From: Auanema rhodensis
Taxonomy: Eukaryota; Animalia; Nematoda
Assembly (NCBI GenBank): GCA_964057225.1
Contig: OZ059899.1
Location: 9,734,001 to 9,798,000 of the forward strand
DNA length: 64,000 bases
Direction: 5' to 3'
Under the pieces are notes generated by a model. That model did no database searches. It worked only from the letters and a program-made list of their open reading frames with translations, and was not told where the DNA came from. The position numbers were made by a program, and so were the translations under genes. Positions 18,600 through 29,757 of the stretch are shown here, piece by piece. The stretch's first letter is position 1. Each line of letters opens with the position of its first letter.

Positions 18600-18998
18600 T
18601 GTCGGCGAATGCCTGACTAGAAATGAAATACAATAATTTAACCTAAAAACATAACTCTTCTGAAACTCTAAACCATTGTTTAATAACCTTGTAATTGTAT
18701 CATTAACCTCTTGCGCAACATTCTTAAAGGATATTGAACTTTTATCACCTCTATAGTTTACATTGACCTGACCTTTGTATTCAAATATCAAATATCACCT
18801 TCAAGCTAAATCATATATAAAACCCAAGAAACCTTCACTCTCACTCTTAATTTAATTCTACCACTGAACTTATACCGATCTTATAATAAACCTTTCTCAT
18901 TTAACTAACTGTTTGGATTCGCCACTAACTCATATTATCCCCATTAAACGGGGGACAACCGAGTATAGACGCTCGTCATTGGGAACATTAAAAACCCA
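18600..18998 (+). repeat. 5' LTR of BEL/Pao element
   Basis: TGTCGGCG...AACCCA; TATATAA 18814-18820; AATAAA 18885-18890; 3 substitutions versus the 3' LTR. Identity extends 2 more A's, so the end could be 19000. Confidence 0.93.
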
Positions 18999-19001
18999 AA
19001 T

Positions 19002-19014
19002 TGGTGCAACGACC
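19002..19014 (+). promoter_or_regulatory. Primer-binding site (tRNA-Gly-like)
   Basis: TGGTGCAACGACC just after the LTR; 12/13 match to the complement of the tRNA-Gly(GCC) 3' end as I recall it (TGGTGCATCGACC). Confidence 0.7.
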
Positions 19015-19242
19015 AAACCAGGTATTAATTGTTAGAAACTTTCTTATCATATTTTTTCCTTTTTTTTTTTTCATACTTTCCATCTCACTCTTCTTCACAT
19101 TTTCCTCCTTTCCATCTCGTTCTCTTTATCAAAAAAATTTTTTTTATAAACCAACATACTTTAAACAGTTCAAACTGTTCATTTTGCAATCATTCTACTA
19201 AGAAATTCCAAAATAATCCACTTTCGACCCGAAAAAGAAAAA

Positions 19243-22200
19243 ATGGACCGTATCGAAACGGTTTTTAATACAAAATTCCAAAATTTCGTTCAAACTTTTG
19301 AAAAACTAGAGAGCCTTTTGGAAAACAAACAAAGTGAGGAACAGTTCTCTCTTTATTCCGACATTAACAACACTCTTGAACAGCTTCGCTTTCACGAATC
19401 CAATTTAGCTACCATAGCTTCACTTCAAATAGACCCTTTTCTTTCGGAATTTAATAATCGTATAAATAATTTAACAAACCAACATGCCGCAACTATAGAA
19501 AGAGCAAACAAAAAACTGTTTGAGCTCGAAACTAAAGTTGCTGGCGCACACTCGATCCCGGACTCAGACGATGAGACCGAACTAGCATTTACCGCACCGC
19601 ATACAACCCTTTTTACATCACCGCGCATTTCGAAAACGAACATTAGCAAATTACTTTTGAAACCACCTCAACTTTCCATACCCACATTCAATGGAGATAA
19701 CAAAACCTTTCCGACATTTTGGAGACAATTTAAAACGCTCATTCACCAAGACCCTGACCTCAATAATAGGCAAAAAAGCATTTATTTAGCTGAAGCTCTT
19801 AAAGGTTCAGCACGAGTTCATCTTGAAAATAAACTAGATGGCACTGCGTATGAACGTATTATATCTACTCTTAAAACCACTTACGCACCAAAACTAAAAG
19901 TTGATTACCGTATTCATGATGAACTGGTGAAATTACCTCCTGCAAAAAATGACCCCATGTCAGTTAGATCTTGCGTGAATGAAATCAGAGCACTTCTTGA
20001 TCAGCTTGAGACTGATACACTTTATAATTCTGAAGACCCCGCTTGGGTCAAACTTATCACAACTAAATTTCCTATTGATATCATCAATATGCTCTGTTGG
20101 AGATCATCTAGGGCAACCTCTATAAAACAACTACTAAGAAACATTGAGGAAACGGCCGACTCAATGGAAAATTTTTCAATTTATTCTTCTAAATCTCCTT
20201 TTATCCCGCAATACCATGCTCAAACTAATTCAATTTCTCCCTTGAAACATAACTCACATATTACTACTGTTACGAAAACCGAACGCCCATGCGTATTTTG
20301 TGACCAAAACGGACATCGATCCGCAAAATGTTTAACCATACATAATCCTCAACAGAGGAGAGACATAATAAAACAAAAAAACAGGTGCTGGATTTGTTTC
20401 AGTCCTACACACACTAGCACTAAGTGTACCTTTGATAAATGTAAAATATGTAATAGAGATCATCACCCATCTCTTTGTCTCCCTCCTGCTTCATCAAAAT
20501 CATCTAATAAAAAAGCAACAATGGGTATCAATTGCTCTATTTCGCAATCAACTCACACTCCACCTTCGCCCGCATATCTTATGACTTCTAAAGTATCAAT
20601 TTTTAACCCCCATACAGGTAAGTTCCACACCAAAATATTGTTTTTCGACCCTGGAGCAACTCAAAGCTTCATTTACGAGCCGGCAGCCAAAGAATGCCAG
20701 CTCAAAACTTTAAATTCCCAATTAATCACAGCAACCGGTTTCTCCGGGAGCTATGAGGCATTTAATTCTTTAACGGTCGAAGCAAGTTTAAGAACTCCAT
20801 TTGGAAAAAATATCATACTTACGCTCCTCACCTCACCCAAACCTCTCACAGGAAAACTAAAGAGCTGTCAACTTTCTCTAAAAGACAAAGAAGCTCTAGA
20901 ACAATCTAATATAACCATTACTAACCAATTGGTGGATGGTGAATTATTCATTCCCGATATTTTGCTAGGTATGGATTGGTGTGATACAATCATACATGAT
21001 ACCAAACCTACTATACTTCCATCGGGATTGAAAGTCAAACATACCCAGATTGGACCCTGTATTTACGGTAAGCAAATACCGAACGATAATATAGCAGCCA
21101 TAAATACACTTATTGTTAACCCTGTGATACCAGAAGACGTTATGATTAAACAACTTTTTGAAATAGATAACTTAGGAATTTCTCCACACGAAGGAGCCTT
21201 GAACCGATCGGAGCTATTCTTCAATGAATATACTTCTCTAATAAAATTCGACAAGGGTTTTGTCATGGCTCCCTTACCTCTTAAATCAAACGCCACAAAA
21301 ATTCAATCCAATCGAAGCATGGCATTAGCCACTCTAAACAGATTACAGAAATCTCTCAAAGAGGAACATAACCAGCTACAACACTATCATCAAACCACTA
21401 TGCGATATATAGAGGAAGGTGTGGTGGAACAAGTTCCTCTTACTTCAGAGAACTCTTTGCTCTACTACATGCCGCATAGAGGGGTATGGAAGCCCAACAA
21501 GAGCAAACCGCTGAGGGTTGTGTTTAACGCTTCAGCAAAGCAAAAAGGCCAACTCTCATTAAATGATGTTACGGAAACAGGTGAAAGTTTTAACAATAAA
21601 ATCATAGATATTCTGATAGGGATACGGATCAAAAAGTACTTCCTCATGTGCGATATTGAGGGTGCCTTCACCCAAATAAGGATAACTAATGATCATAAAG
21701 ATCTCTGCCGCTTTCTCTGGTTACGCGATCCTCACAAAGGTACCACTCCAGATAACATTTTAGAATTAAGATTTAACCGACTGGCGTTTGGCATAACAGC
21801 CAGTCCGTCCATACTGAATATGTCACTCTACGCATTCTTGCAAAGCCTAGAGTCGCACTTAGTTCCGGAAACCCTACGGTACCTATATGTGGACAATATC
21901 TTCTACACGACAAACAGTTCAGAAGATTTACATAGCATATATGAAGAATCTAAGCAGATTTTTTCTCGAATATCTATGAACATAAGAGAGTATTATAGCA
22001 ACTACACCAACTTCAACTCAACCGTACCAGACAAGGATAAACATCCAGATCTGAACCCAAAAATATTAGGCATTAAACATTATTCAGATAAAGACATTTT
22101 TTCGATAAACTGTCAACTACGCACTCAGAACTCATTCACAAAACGAGATCTACTCAGCAGTCTTCACAGTGTTTACGACCCTTTAGGAGTAGCGGCTCCC

Positions 22201-25200
22201 CTTTTACTGCATTTCAAACTACTACTACGCCAAGTAATGAATGGGTCTATAGACTGGAAAGAACAAGTGCCAAGCGATGTGGTCAATAGCTGGAATACAG
22301 TGAGTAATAAAATAGGAACAGCTACGATTCAGATTCCACGAAAGCTGACAGATACATCAGAATGCCGAGAGATTTGGATATTTGTAGACGCTAGTGTACT
22401 AGCTATTGCTGCATGTGCCTTCTGCACATCACCTACAACACGGAGTCCCCTGGTCATGGGTAAGATTAAATTAGCTCCAAAAAACAGAACATTGACAATT
22501 CCACGTTTGGAAATGTCTGCGATTCTCATGGGTATGAAAATGGCCGAAACCATATACAACAATTCACCAACACATGAGGTCTCCATCAACATCGCTTCCG
22601 ACAGCCAGATAGCTTTATCTTGGCTGTTCACTAAAAAGAATATACCTGTGTTCGTAAGCAATTTACGCCAGAATACTGACCAAATTGCAAGAAAATTAGA
22701 GCTAAAAGGAGCCAATATAACGTATCACTACGTGGACACGGATCATAATCCGGCAGACATAGGCACTAGAGGCACCACTGATATTGCCCTTCTTAAGGAC
22801 AAATGGCTTTTTTCTCCTGGTTGGCTACTAAATAAGAACGATAGACCAGCAAAGGAATTTAGAGCACCCTTAGAAGAAGAAGAACCTTCAATGCTTATAC
22901 TACCAGTCACCACAAACAATCCTGTATTAGACAATCTTTTAGATCCCAGCCGCTTCAGCTCATACTTCAAGTTACGCAGAATCGCTGGATTAGTTTTAAA
23001 AGCCGCACTGTATTTTTTAGGCAAACGCAACAAAACGCCAACATCATATTTATTAAAAGCAGCAACAACAGAATGGCAAGTATCCCAGTTTATTAACACA
23101 ACCGCTGAGATACTGCTTATAAAAGAAGCTCAGACTCATCTTTCAAATTCATATAAAAAACAATTTCGATTAAAACAGGATGGGAATGGACTAATCTGCA
23201 TACAGACTCGGTTCACCAATTCATCACTTCCAACAAAAACTAAGTTTCCATATCTTATTCCCAAAAAATCTACTTTAGGTAAATTCATTCTTATGTTCCT
23301 ACACAGGACGAATGGTCATGCCGGAGTTAGTCAATTACTGTACCTCTTTATGACAAGGTTCTTCATGACAGCGGCTAGACAAGTATGCAAATCAATAATA
23401 AAAAGATGTGTGCCATGTCAAAAGACTCTAAGTAACCCATTTTCAATAGACTACTTTGCCCCGTTACCGGAGGACAGAGTGACGAGAGCCATGCCATTTA
23501 GACATACGGGCCTTGATTGCATAGGTCCCATAAAATTCAGAAAAAATCAGCATATATACGTTGTGATATTCACCTGCCTTACTATTAGAGCCGTCCATTT
23601 AGAACCAATTAATGACATGAGTTCGAACTCTTTTATCAATGCCTTCATTCGATTTGTAGCGCGGAGAGGTTTACCGCATGTTCTACGATCAGACAACGGG
23701 GCCAATTTCTCTCATGCGGCCAAAATAATTCACACATTAGAGGAACATAGTAGGGAACACCAGACTAATTTTATCAACTATATACAAAATCACAATATCA
23801 CATGGATATTCAACACTCCCAGCGCTCCCTGGACGGGTGGGGTTTGGGAGAGATTAGTTGCTATTACAAAGAATGCACTTGTGAAAACACTATCACTTAA
23901 GTTAATAGAAAAAGACCAACTAGTTACAGCAATAATTAAAATAGAAGGAATCATGAACTCACGGCCCATCACGTATACAGATTCCGAGAATTTTCACGAG
24001 AATCCACTAACGCCAGCAGATTTTTTAACTCATGGCTCCCCCATACTCATACCAGGTGATAATGTAGACAGTTTAGGTGACAGACTCGACCTACCCAACA
24101 CGATCACAAGCAACAAACAAGCGTTTGAAAATTTACAGAAAATCGAAATAATAGCCGAAGCATTCTGGAACACATGGTCACACGAATATCTTCTTACTTT
24201 AAGGCATGCACATGCATCAAGGAAAATGGGGCGCCATAACTTGCGACACCCATATCACAACGAAATAGTACTTGTAGAAGAGGACCATACAAATAGGAAC
24301 AATTGGAATATGGCTAGGGTAATCGAACTAATTCATTCTTCAGACAAAGTAGTTCGGACCGCCAAGATAAAAACAGGTAGCGGTAAGATATTGACAAAAC
24401 CAGTAGAGCGATTATACCCTTTAGAACTTTTTGATGAATTTACAGAAACTCAGCGAAAAACCGCACATATTAACCATGCCACCTATTCAACACACCCAAA
24501 CACAAGGCATACAAATACGAATTTTTTGACTAATATCATGAAATTCTTATTATTAATACAACTATTTCTTGTCGCCACAGCTGAGCCATTATTCACCTGC
24601 TCATACTCTCATATACTATTTCACGCACAAACAAAACCATCGACATTTTGTATTAATGGGGACTGTCATGATTTACCAGCCAACCAATCAAAAGATATTC
24701 AACTTCAAGTGTCTGTAATTCCAAAAACTACAGCAGTTACTCGCTACGACAAAGATAGGCGGCAATCTCAGATTTGCCATCTTCCCCACCCCTGCGATTT
24801 TCCTCCACCTGCGTTATTGCATATAATAGGCAACCCACATTGTAACCCTTTCTTAGCTATTTTGATAGCTCTTACTCCAATAATAGGCTGCGCTCTTTTT
24901 TGCATTATCGGGGGCCTAATCTATAAAAAATTAAAAACACACCGCCAACAGCACACAATTTCGTACATCCCTTCTCTCTTATTCGCAATCTTTTATCTCA
25001 CATGCCAAGCGCAAGCTTGTGGATCCCCCAACGCGCACAAAAACATAGAATTCTTTTGCGACGATTTACACAATTGCACAAAAATAACCAACGAAGAAAT
25101 TTCATTCAATCCCCTACAAAACTCTCTTTGCTCTTACATAAAATATCAAAACTCCACTATAGGCAAACTAGAAATTCAAATAATTCAGCAAAAATTTTTA

Positions 25201-26529
25201 TGTCAAAAAGTTTCCCAAGGATTTACTCGCATTACTAACCTAACTATCCACTCCTCTCATAGATGCGCCGGTACAACTCACTGCCCATGGGGCACCGGAT
25301 GCGATGATATCCGACAGGATACTTTCGTAGCCGAACTACATTCAGCTTACGAAAATCCTGGAAGAACCTACTGCACCAGAGCCGGAGGAGGCCTATTCAA
25401 CAGCTGTGGACTTCCTATAGAAGGATGCATTTTATTTAGGCCAACTTATCAGCCCGAAAACGAAGAAGTATACGAAGAAATTAAATGCATACAATGGAAA
25501 CAGGAAGTGCAAGCAAAATTATTAATCACATACCTCAATAACACTCACCAATACGATATTTTCCTACAACCCTACCGAAAATATGAGTTTCACGGAATTT
25601 CATTACAGATTTCGTCGGTTACAACAAAAGCAACGACGGAACTATACAACAAAATTTTTCTCACATCTGAGACTAAAAGCTACATGATACCGGAACAAAT
25701 AAAACCAGCGGTAATATGCAGCAATGCACGAATCGCAGCAGATAAGTTTAATGCATGCCACATACGAAAGCCTTGCCCATGTTTGGGGGCCGCAGCGCAG
25801 CTCTCTTGCAATTGCGATTCAGCAACACAAAGAGAACTGAAAAAATATAAACTTCCACAAATTAATACAAATTATAGAATCACAAAAGAAGCAGGAACAA
25901 TAACTGTTTTATCACAAATGGAAGAATCAACGCTCACAATGGAAAACCCGCAATTTAGCATCGAAAGCTTATATACTAATAAACATCCTTGTTCTTCAGA
26001 TTTTCAAATGTTAACAGGATGCTACAAATGCAGAGAAGGAACAACGCTGAATATTACATGTGAAACAAAGGACGAACTGAATGCCATTCTGAACTGCGAC
26101 TCCTTTTCTACTACAATACGATGCTCTGACCAAAATCCCGCCACAACGGTCAAACTATATTTCAATGAACCCAAAGTACAAGAAAACTGTACTCTGACTT
26201 GCGGACGAGCAACAAAACAAATTATACAGCTAAGTACCAGACTACACTACATAAGCGACACTACCATTTTTTCAGAAGAATCGATCAAACTACATAATGG
26301 AACATCCGGACTATCATGGAATCTCCCGAATTTGGAACCGTTTTTCGACGTCATCCATGATAATTGGAAATGGATAGTACCTGCCGTAGCTGCAATCACT
26401 GCAGGTTCATACTTATTATACATAGCAGCCCCATTCCTTACATCATTACTTCTTCCTGCTATACTCTCTTATTGCTGTGTGAGAAACTCAAACCGCAACC
26501 CTCGCCCGGCAATGTCGGCGAATGCCTGA
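19243..26529 (+). CDS. BEL/Pao Gag-Pro-RT-RNaseH-IN-Env polyprotein (2428 aa)
   Basis: Triple Cys-His knuckle (CVFC..H..C, CWIC..H..C, CKIC..HHPSLC; about 20290-20478), protease FFDPGATQSF (20647), RT YVDN (21886-21897), RNaseH FVDAS/TIPRLE/SDSQIA/NPAD, integrase H..H..CVPC/DCIGP/SDNG/WERLV, then the glycoprotein region. The stop codon lies in the 3' LTR. Confidence 0.97.
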   Translation: MDRIETVFNTKFQNFVQTFEKLESLLENKQSEEQFSLYSDINNTLEQLRFHESNLATIASLQIDPFLSEFNNRINNLTNQHAATIERANKKLFELETKVAGAHSIPDSDDETELAFTAPHTTLFTSPRISKTNISKLLLKPPQLSIPTFNGDNKTFPTFWRQFKTLIHQDPDLNNRQKSIYLAEALKGSARVHLENKLDGTAYERIISTLKTTYAPKLKVDYRIHDELVKLPPAKNDPMSVRSCVNEIRALLDQLETDTLYNSEDPAWVKLITTKFPIDIINMLCWRSSRATSIKQLLRNIEETADSMENFSIYSSKSPFIPQYHAQTNSISPLKHNSHITTVTKTERPCVFCDQNGHRSAKCLTIHNPQQRRDIIKQKNRCWICFSPTHTSTKCTFDKCKICNRDHHPSLCLPPASSKSSNKKATMGINCSISQSTHTPPSPAYLMTSKVSIFNPHTGKFHTKILFFDPGATQSFIYEPAAKECQLKTLNSQLITATGFSGSYEAFNSLTVEASLRTPFGKNIILTLLTSPKPLTGKLKSCQLSLKDKEALEQSNITITNQLVDGELFIPDILLGMDWCDTIIHDTKPTILPSGLKVKHTQIGPCIYGKQIPNDNIAAINTLIVNPVIPEDVMIKQLFEIDNLGISPHEGALNRSELFFNEYTSLIKFDKGFVMAPLPLKSNATKIQSNRSMALATLNRLQKSLKEEHNQLQHYHQTTMRYIEEGVVEQVPLTSENSLLYYMPHRGVWKPNKSKPLRVVFNASAKQKGQLSLNDVTETGESFNNKIIDILIGIRIKKYFLMCDIEGAFTQIRITNDHKDLCRFLWLRDPHKGTTPDNILELRFNRLAFGITASPSILNMSLYAFLQSLESHLVPETLRYLYVDNIFYTTNSSEDLHSIYEESKQIFSRISMNIREYYSNYTNFNSTVPDKDKHPDLNPKILGIKHYSDKDIFSINCQLRTQNSFTKRDLLSSLHSVYDPLGVAAPLLLHFKLLLRQVMNGSIDWKEQVPSDVVNSWNTVSNKIGTATIQIPRKLTDTSECREIWIFVDASVLAIAACAFCTSPTTRSPLVMGKIKLAPKNRTLTIPRLEMSAILMGMKMAETIYNNSPTHEVSINIASDSQIALSWLFTKKNIPVFVSNLRQNTDQIARKLELKGANITYHYVDTDHNPADIGTRGTTDIALLKDKWLFSPGWLLNKNDRPAKEFRAPLEEEEPSMLILPVTTNNPVLDNLLDPSRFSSYFKLRRIAGLVLKAALYFLGKRNKTPTSYLLKAATTEWQVSQFINTTAEILLIKEAQTHLSNSYKKQFRLKQDGNGLICIQTRFTNSSLPTKTKFPYLIPKKSTLGKFILMFLHRTNGHAGVSQLLYLFMTRFFMTAARQVCKSIIKRCVPCQKTLSNPFSIDYFAPLPEDRVTRAMPFRHTGLDCIGPIKFRKNQHIYVVIFTCLTIRAVHLEPINDMSSNSFINAFIRFVARRGLPHVLRSDNGANFSHAAKIIHTLEEHSREHQTNFINYIQNHNITWIFNTPSAPWTGGVWERLVAITKNALVKTLSLKLIEKDQLVTAIIKIEGIMNSRPITYTDSENFHENPLTPADFLTHGSPILIPGDNVDSLGDRLDLPNTITSNKQAFENLQKIEIIAEAFWNTWSHEYLLTLRHAHASRKMGRHNLRHPYHNEIVLVEEDHTNRNNWNMARVIELIHSSDKVVRTAKIKTGSGKILTKPVERLYPLELFDEFTETQRKTAHINHATYSTHPNTRHTNTNFLTNIMKFLLLIQLFLVATAEPLFTCSYSHILFHAQTKPSTFCINGDCHDLPANQSKDIQLQVSVIPKTTAVTRYDKDRRQSQICHLPHPCDFPPPALLHIIGNPHCNPFLAILIALTPIIGCALFCIIGGLIYKKLKTHRQQHTISYIPSLLFAIFYLTCQAQACGSPNAHKNIEFFCDDLHNCTKITNEEISFNPLQNSLCSYIKYQNSTIGKLEIQIIQQKFLCQKVSQGFTRITNLTIHSSHRCAGTTHCPWGTGCDDIRQDTFVAELHSAYENPGRTYCTRAGGGLFNSCGLPIEGCILFRPTYQPENEEVYEEIKCIQWKQEVQAKLLITYLNNTHQYDIFLQPYRKYEFHGISLQISSVTTKATTELYNKIFLTSETKSYMIPEQIKPAVICSNARIAADKFNACHIRKPCPCLGAAAQLSCNCDSATQRELKKYKLPQINTNYRITKEAGTITVLSQMEESTLTMENPQFSIESLYTNKHPCSSDFQMLTGCYKCREGTTLNITCETKDELNAILNCDSFSTTIRCSDQNPATTVKLYFNEPKVQENCTLTCGRATKQIIQLSTRLHYISDTTIFSEESIKLHNGTSGLSWNLPNLEPFFDVIHDNWKWIVPAVAAITAGSYLLYIAAPFLTSLLLPAILSYCCVRNSNRNPRPAMSANA
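24538..26529 (+). other. Env region: signal peptide, short Gn-like domain, TM, second signal, phlebovirus Gc-like class II fusogen, TM
   Basis: MKFLLLIQLFLVATAE; TM FLAILIALTPIIGCALFCIIGGLIY; LLFAIFYLTCQAQA/C (Gc from about 25018); HRCAGTTHC, GGGLFNSCGLPIEGCILF, LTGCYKCREG; C-terminal TM. Confidence 0.85.
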
Positions 26530-26911
26530 CTAGAAATGAAATACAATAATTTAACCTAGAAACATAACTCTTCTGAAACTCTAAACCATTGTCTAATAAC
26601 CTTGTAATTGTATCATTAACCTCTTGCGCAACATTCTTAAAGGATATTGAACTTTTATCACCTCTATAGTTTACATTGACCTGACCTTTGTATTCAAATA
26701 TCAAATATCACCTTCAAGCTAAATCATATATAAAGCCCAAGAAACCTTCACTCTCACTCTTAATTTAATTCTACCACTGAACTTATACCGATCTTATAAT
26801 AAACCTTTCTCATTTAACTAACTGTTTGGATTCGCCACTAACTCATATTATCCCCATTAAACGGGGGACAACCGAGTATAGACGCTCGTCATTGGGAACA
26901 TTAAAAACCCA
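26513..26911 (+). repeat. 3' LTR of BEL/Pao element
   Basis: 399-bp direct repeat of 18600-18998, preceded by C-rich CTCGCCCGGCAA rather than a purine tract. Confidence 0.93.
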
Positions 26912-26915
26912 AAAA

Positions 26916-26988
26916 GGCTGCGTGGCGCAATGGATAACGCGTCTGCCTACGGAGCAGAAGATTGTAGGTTCGAATCCTGCCGTGGTCG
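26916..26988 (+). tRNA. tRNA-Arg(ACG), C4T variant, abutting the BEL 3' LTR
   Basis: Starts GGCTGCG; otherwise consensus. Confidence 0.88.
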
Positions 26989-28176
26989 TAAATTTTTTTC
27001 ATTTCACTTGTCATTTATAAAAATCGAATTTATCTTCTTCAACGATTATTTTTGCAATGTGTCATAAGAATTTCATAGTTGAACAAAACGTTTTTTAAGA
27101 AGTTTTTTTGTTGTCAACATATATTTTCCTGGAATTCGAAAGCATTTGGGATGGAAATTAGAAAGAAAAGAACTAGTTTTTCCTACTTTAAAACAAACAA
27201 TAAGAAATAAAATGAGAAAGATTGTTAGATATCCAATTTAAACTTATACATTTACTTTGATAAAGAGCCTATTAGATTGAAATTGTATGTCTTACAGTTC
27301 TCCAACAGAACAGACTGATCCTGATTTTTCTACGATTACATAAAACTCTCGTTTAATATAAAAGCATATTGGATAGAAATTTCGAAAGCATTTTGGATGA
27401 AAATTAGAACGAAATGAACTAGTTTTTTCTATTTTAAAACAAACAATAATAAACAAAATGAAAAGATTGTTAGATATCTAATTTTAACTTATACATTTAC
27501 TTCGATGAAGAGCCTATTAGATTGAATTTTTATGTCTTACAGTTCTCCAACAGAACAGACTGATCCTGATTTTTCTACGATTACATGAAACTCTCGTTTG
27601 ATATACAAAAAGGAGAGGAATAACGTTTCCAGGATATCAATGATATCGAATCTAGTGATATTGTAGAAAAATGTAATGTCAGCTCCATAGTTTTTCTCTT
27701 AATTTCTCTCATCACAATAGTCTTAGTTTTTTTTCATAAGAGTTTCTGAAATCTTAGTTGAACAAGGCAGTATATATTTTTTTCTGGAATTCGAAAGCAT
27801 TTGAGATGGAAATTAGAAAGAAAAGAACTAGTTTTTCCTACTTTAAAACAAACAATAAGAAATAAAATGAAAAAGATTGTTAGATATCCAATTTAAACTT
27901 ATACATTTACTTCGATACAGAGCCTATTAGTTTGAAATTTTATGTCTCACAGTTCTCCAACAGAACAGACTGATCCTGATTTCTCTATGATTACATAAAA
28001 CTCTCGTTTGATATACAAAAAGGAGAGGAATAACGTTTCCAGGATGTCAATGATATCGAATCTAGTGATATTGTAGAAAAATGTAATGTCAGCTCCATAG
28101 TTTTTCTCTTAATTTCTCTCATCACAATAGTCTTAGTTTTTTTTTCATAAGAGTTTCTGAAATCTTAGTTGAACAA

Positions 28177-28249
28177 GGCCGCGTGGCGCAATGGATAACG
28201 CGTCTGCCTACGGAGCAGAAGATTGTAGGTTCGAATCCTGCCGTGGTCG
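28177..28249 (+). tRNA. tRNA-Arg(ACG)
   Basis: Consensus copy. Confidence 0.95.
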
Positions 28250-29684
28250 TAAATTTTTTTCATTTCACTTGTCATTTATAAAAATCGAATTTATCTTCTT
28301 CAACGATTATTTTTGCAATGTGTCATAAGAATTTCATAGTTGAACAAAACGTTTTTTAAGAAGTTTTTTTGTTGTCAACATATATATTTTCCTGGAATTC
28401 GAAAGCATTTGGGATGGAAATTATAAAGAAAAGAACTAGTTTTTCCTACTTTAAAACAAACAATAAGAAATAAAATGAAAAAGATTGTTAGATATCCAAT
28501 TTAAACTTATACATTTACTTTGATAAAGAGCCTATTAGATTGAAATTTTATGTCTTACAGTTCTCCAACAGAACAGACTGATCCTGATTTTTCTACGATT
28601 ACATAAAACTCTCGTTTGATATAAAAGCATATTGGATAGAAATTTCGAAAGCATTTTGGATGGAAATTAGAACGAAAAGAACTAGTTTTTTCTATTTTAA
28701 AACAAACAATAATAAACAAAATGAAAAGATTGTTAGATATCCAATTTTAACTTATACATTTACTTCGATGAAGAGCCTATTAGATTGAATTTTTATGTCT
28801 TACAGTTCTCCAACAGAACAGACTGATCCTGATTTTTCTACGATTACATAAAACTCTCGTTTGATATACAAAAAGGAGAGGAATAACGTTTCCAGGATAT
28901 CAATGATATCGAATCTAGTGATATTGTAGAAAAATGTAATGTCAGCTCCATAGTTTTTCTCTTAATTTCTCTCATCACAATAGTCTTAGTTTTTTTTCAT
29001 AAGAGTTTCTGAAATCTTAGTTGAACAAGGCAGTATATATTTTTTTCTGGAATTCGAAAGCAATTGGGATGGAGATTAGAAAGAAATAAACTAGTTTTTC
29101 CTACTTTAAAACAAACAATAAGAAATAAAATGAAAAAGATTGTTAGATATCCAATTTAAACTTATACATTTACTTCGATAAAGAGCCTATTAAATTGAAA
29201 TTTTATGTCTTACAGTTCTCCAACAGAACAGACTGATCCTGATTTTTCTACGATTACATAAAACTCTCGTTTGATATAAAAGCATATTGGATAGAAATTC
29301 CGAAAGCATTTTGGATGGAAATTAGAACGAAAAGAACTAGTTTTTTCTATTTTAAAACAAACAATAATAAACAAAATGAAAAGATTGTTAGATATCCAAT
29401 TTTAACTTATACATTTACTTCGATGAAGAGCCTGTTAGATTGAATTTTTATGTCTTACAGTTCTCCAACAGAACAGACTGATCCTGATTTTTCTACGATT
29501 ACATAAAACTCTCGTTTGATATACAAAAAGGAGAGGAATAACGTTTCCAGGATGTCAATGATATCGAATCCAGTGATATTGTAGAAAAATGTAATGTCAG
29601 CTCCATAGTTTTTCTCTTAATTTCTCTCATCACAATAGTCTTAGTTTTTTTTTCATAAGAGTTTCTGAAATCTTAGTTGAACAA

Positions 29685-29757
29685 GGCCGCGTGGCGCAAT
29701 GGATAACGCGTCTGCCTACGGAGCAGAAGATTGTAGGTTCGAATCCTGCCGTGGTCG
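29685..29757 (+). tRNA. tRNA-Arg(ACG)
   Basis: Consensus copy. Confidence 0.95.

Larger units (their letters stand above)
18600..26911 (+). mobile_element. Full-length BEL/Pao (Belpaoviridae) element with env
   Basis: Paired 399-bp LTRs, PBS, single intact ORF, near-TSD ACAAG (18595-18599) / AAAAG (26912-26916). Confidence 0.96.

Noticed and set aside
19002-19014. Idea that the arrayed tRNA-Arg primes the resident retroelements
   Set aside because: The PBSs match tRNA-Gly (BEL) and tRNA-Gln (A, B). A tRNA-Arg(ACG) PBS would read TGGCGACCACGG, which I did not see at any LTR.
5618-26704. Short overlapping or antisense ORFs within element B, the BEL ORF and the LTRs (e.g. 8219-8560, 11026-11487, 18567-18791, 22329-22715, 26459-26704)
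   Set aside because: Explained as shadows of the long retroelement ORFs or chance LTR frames.
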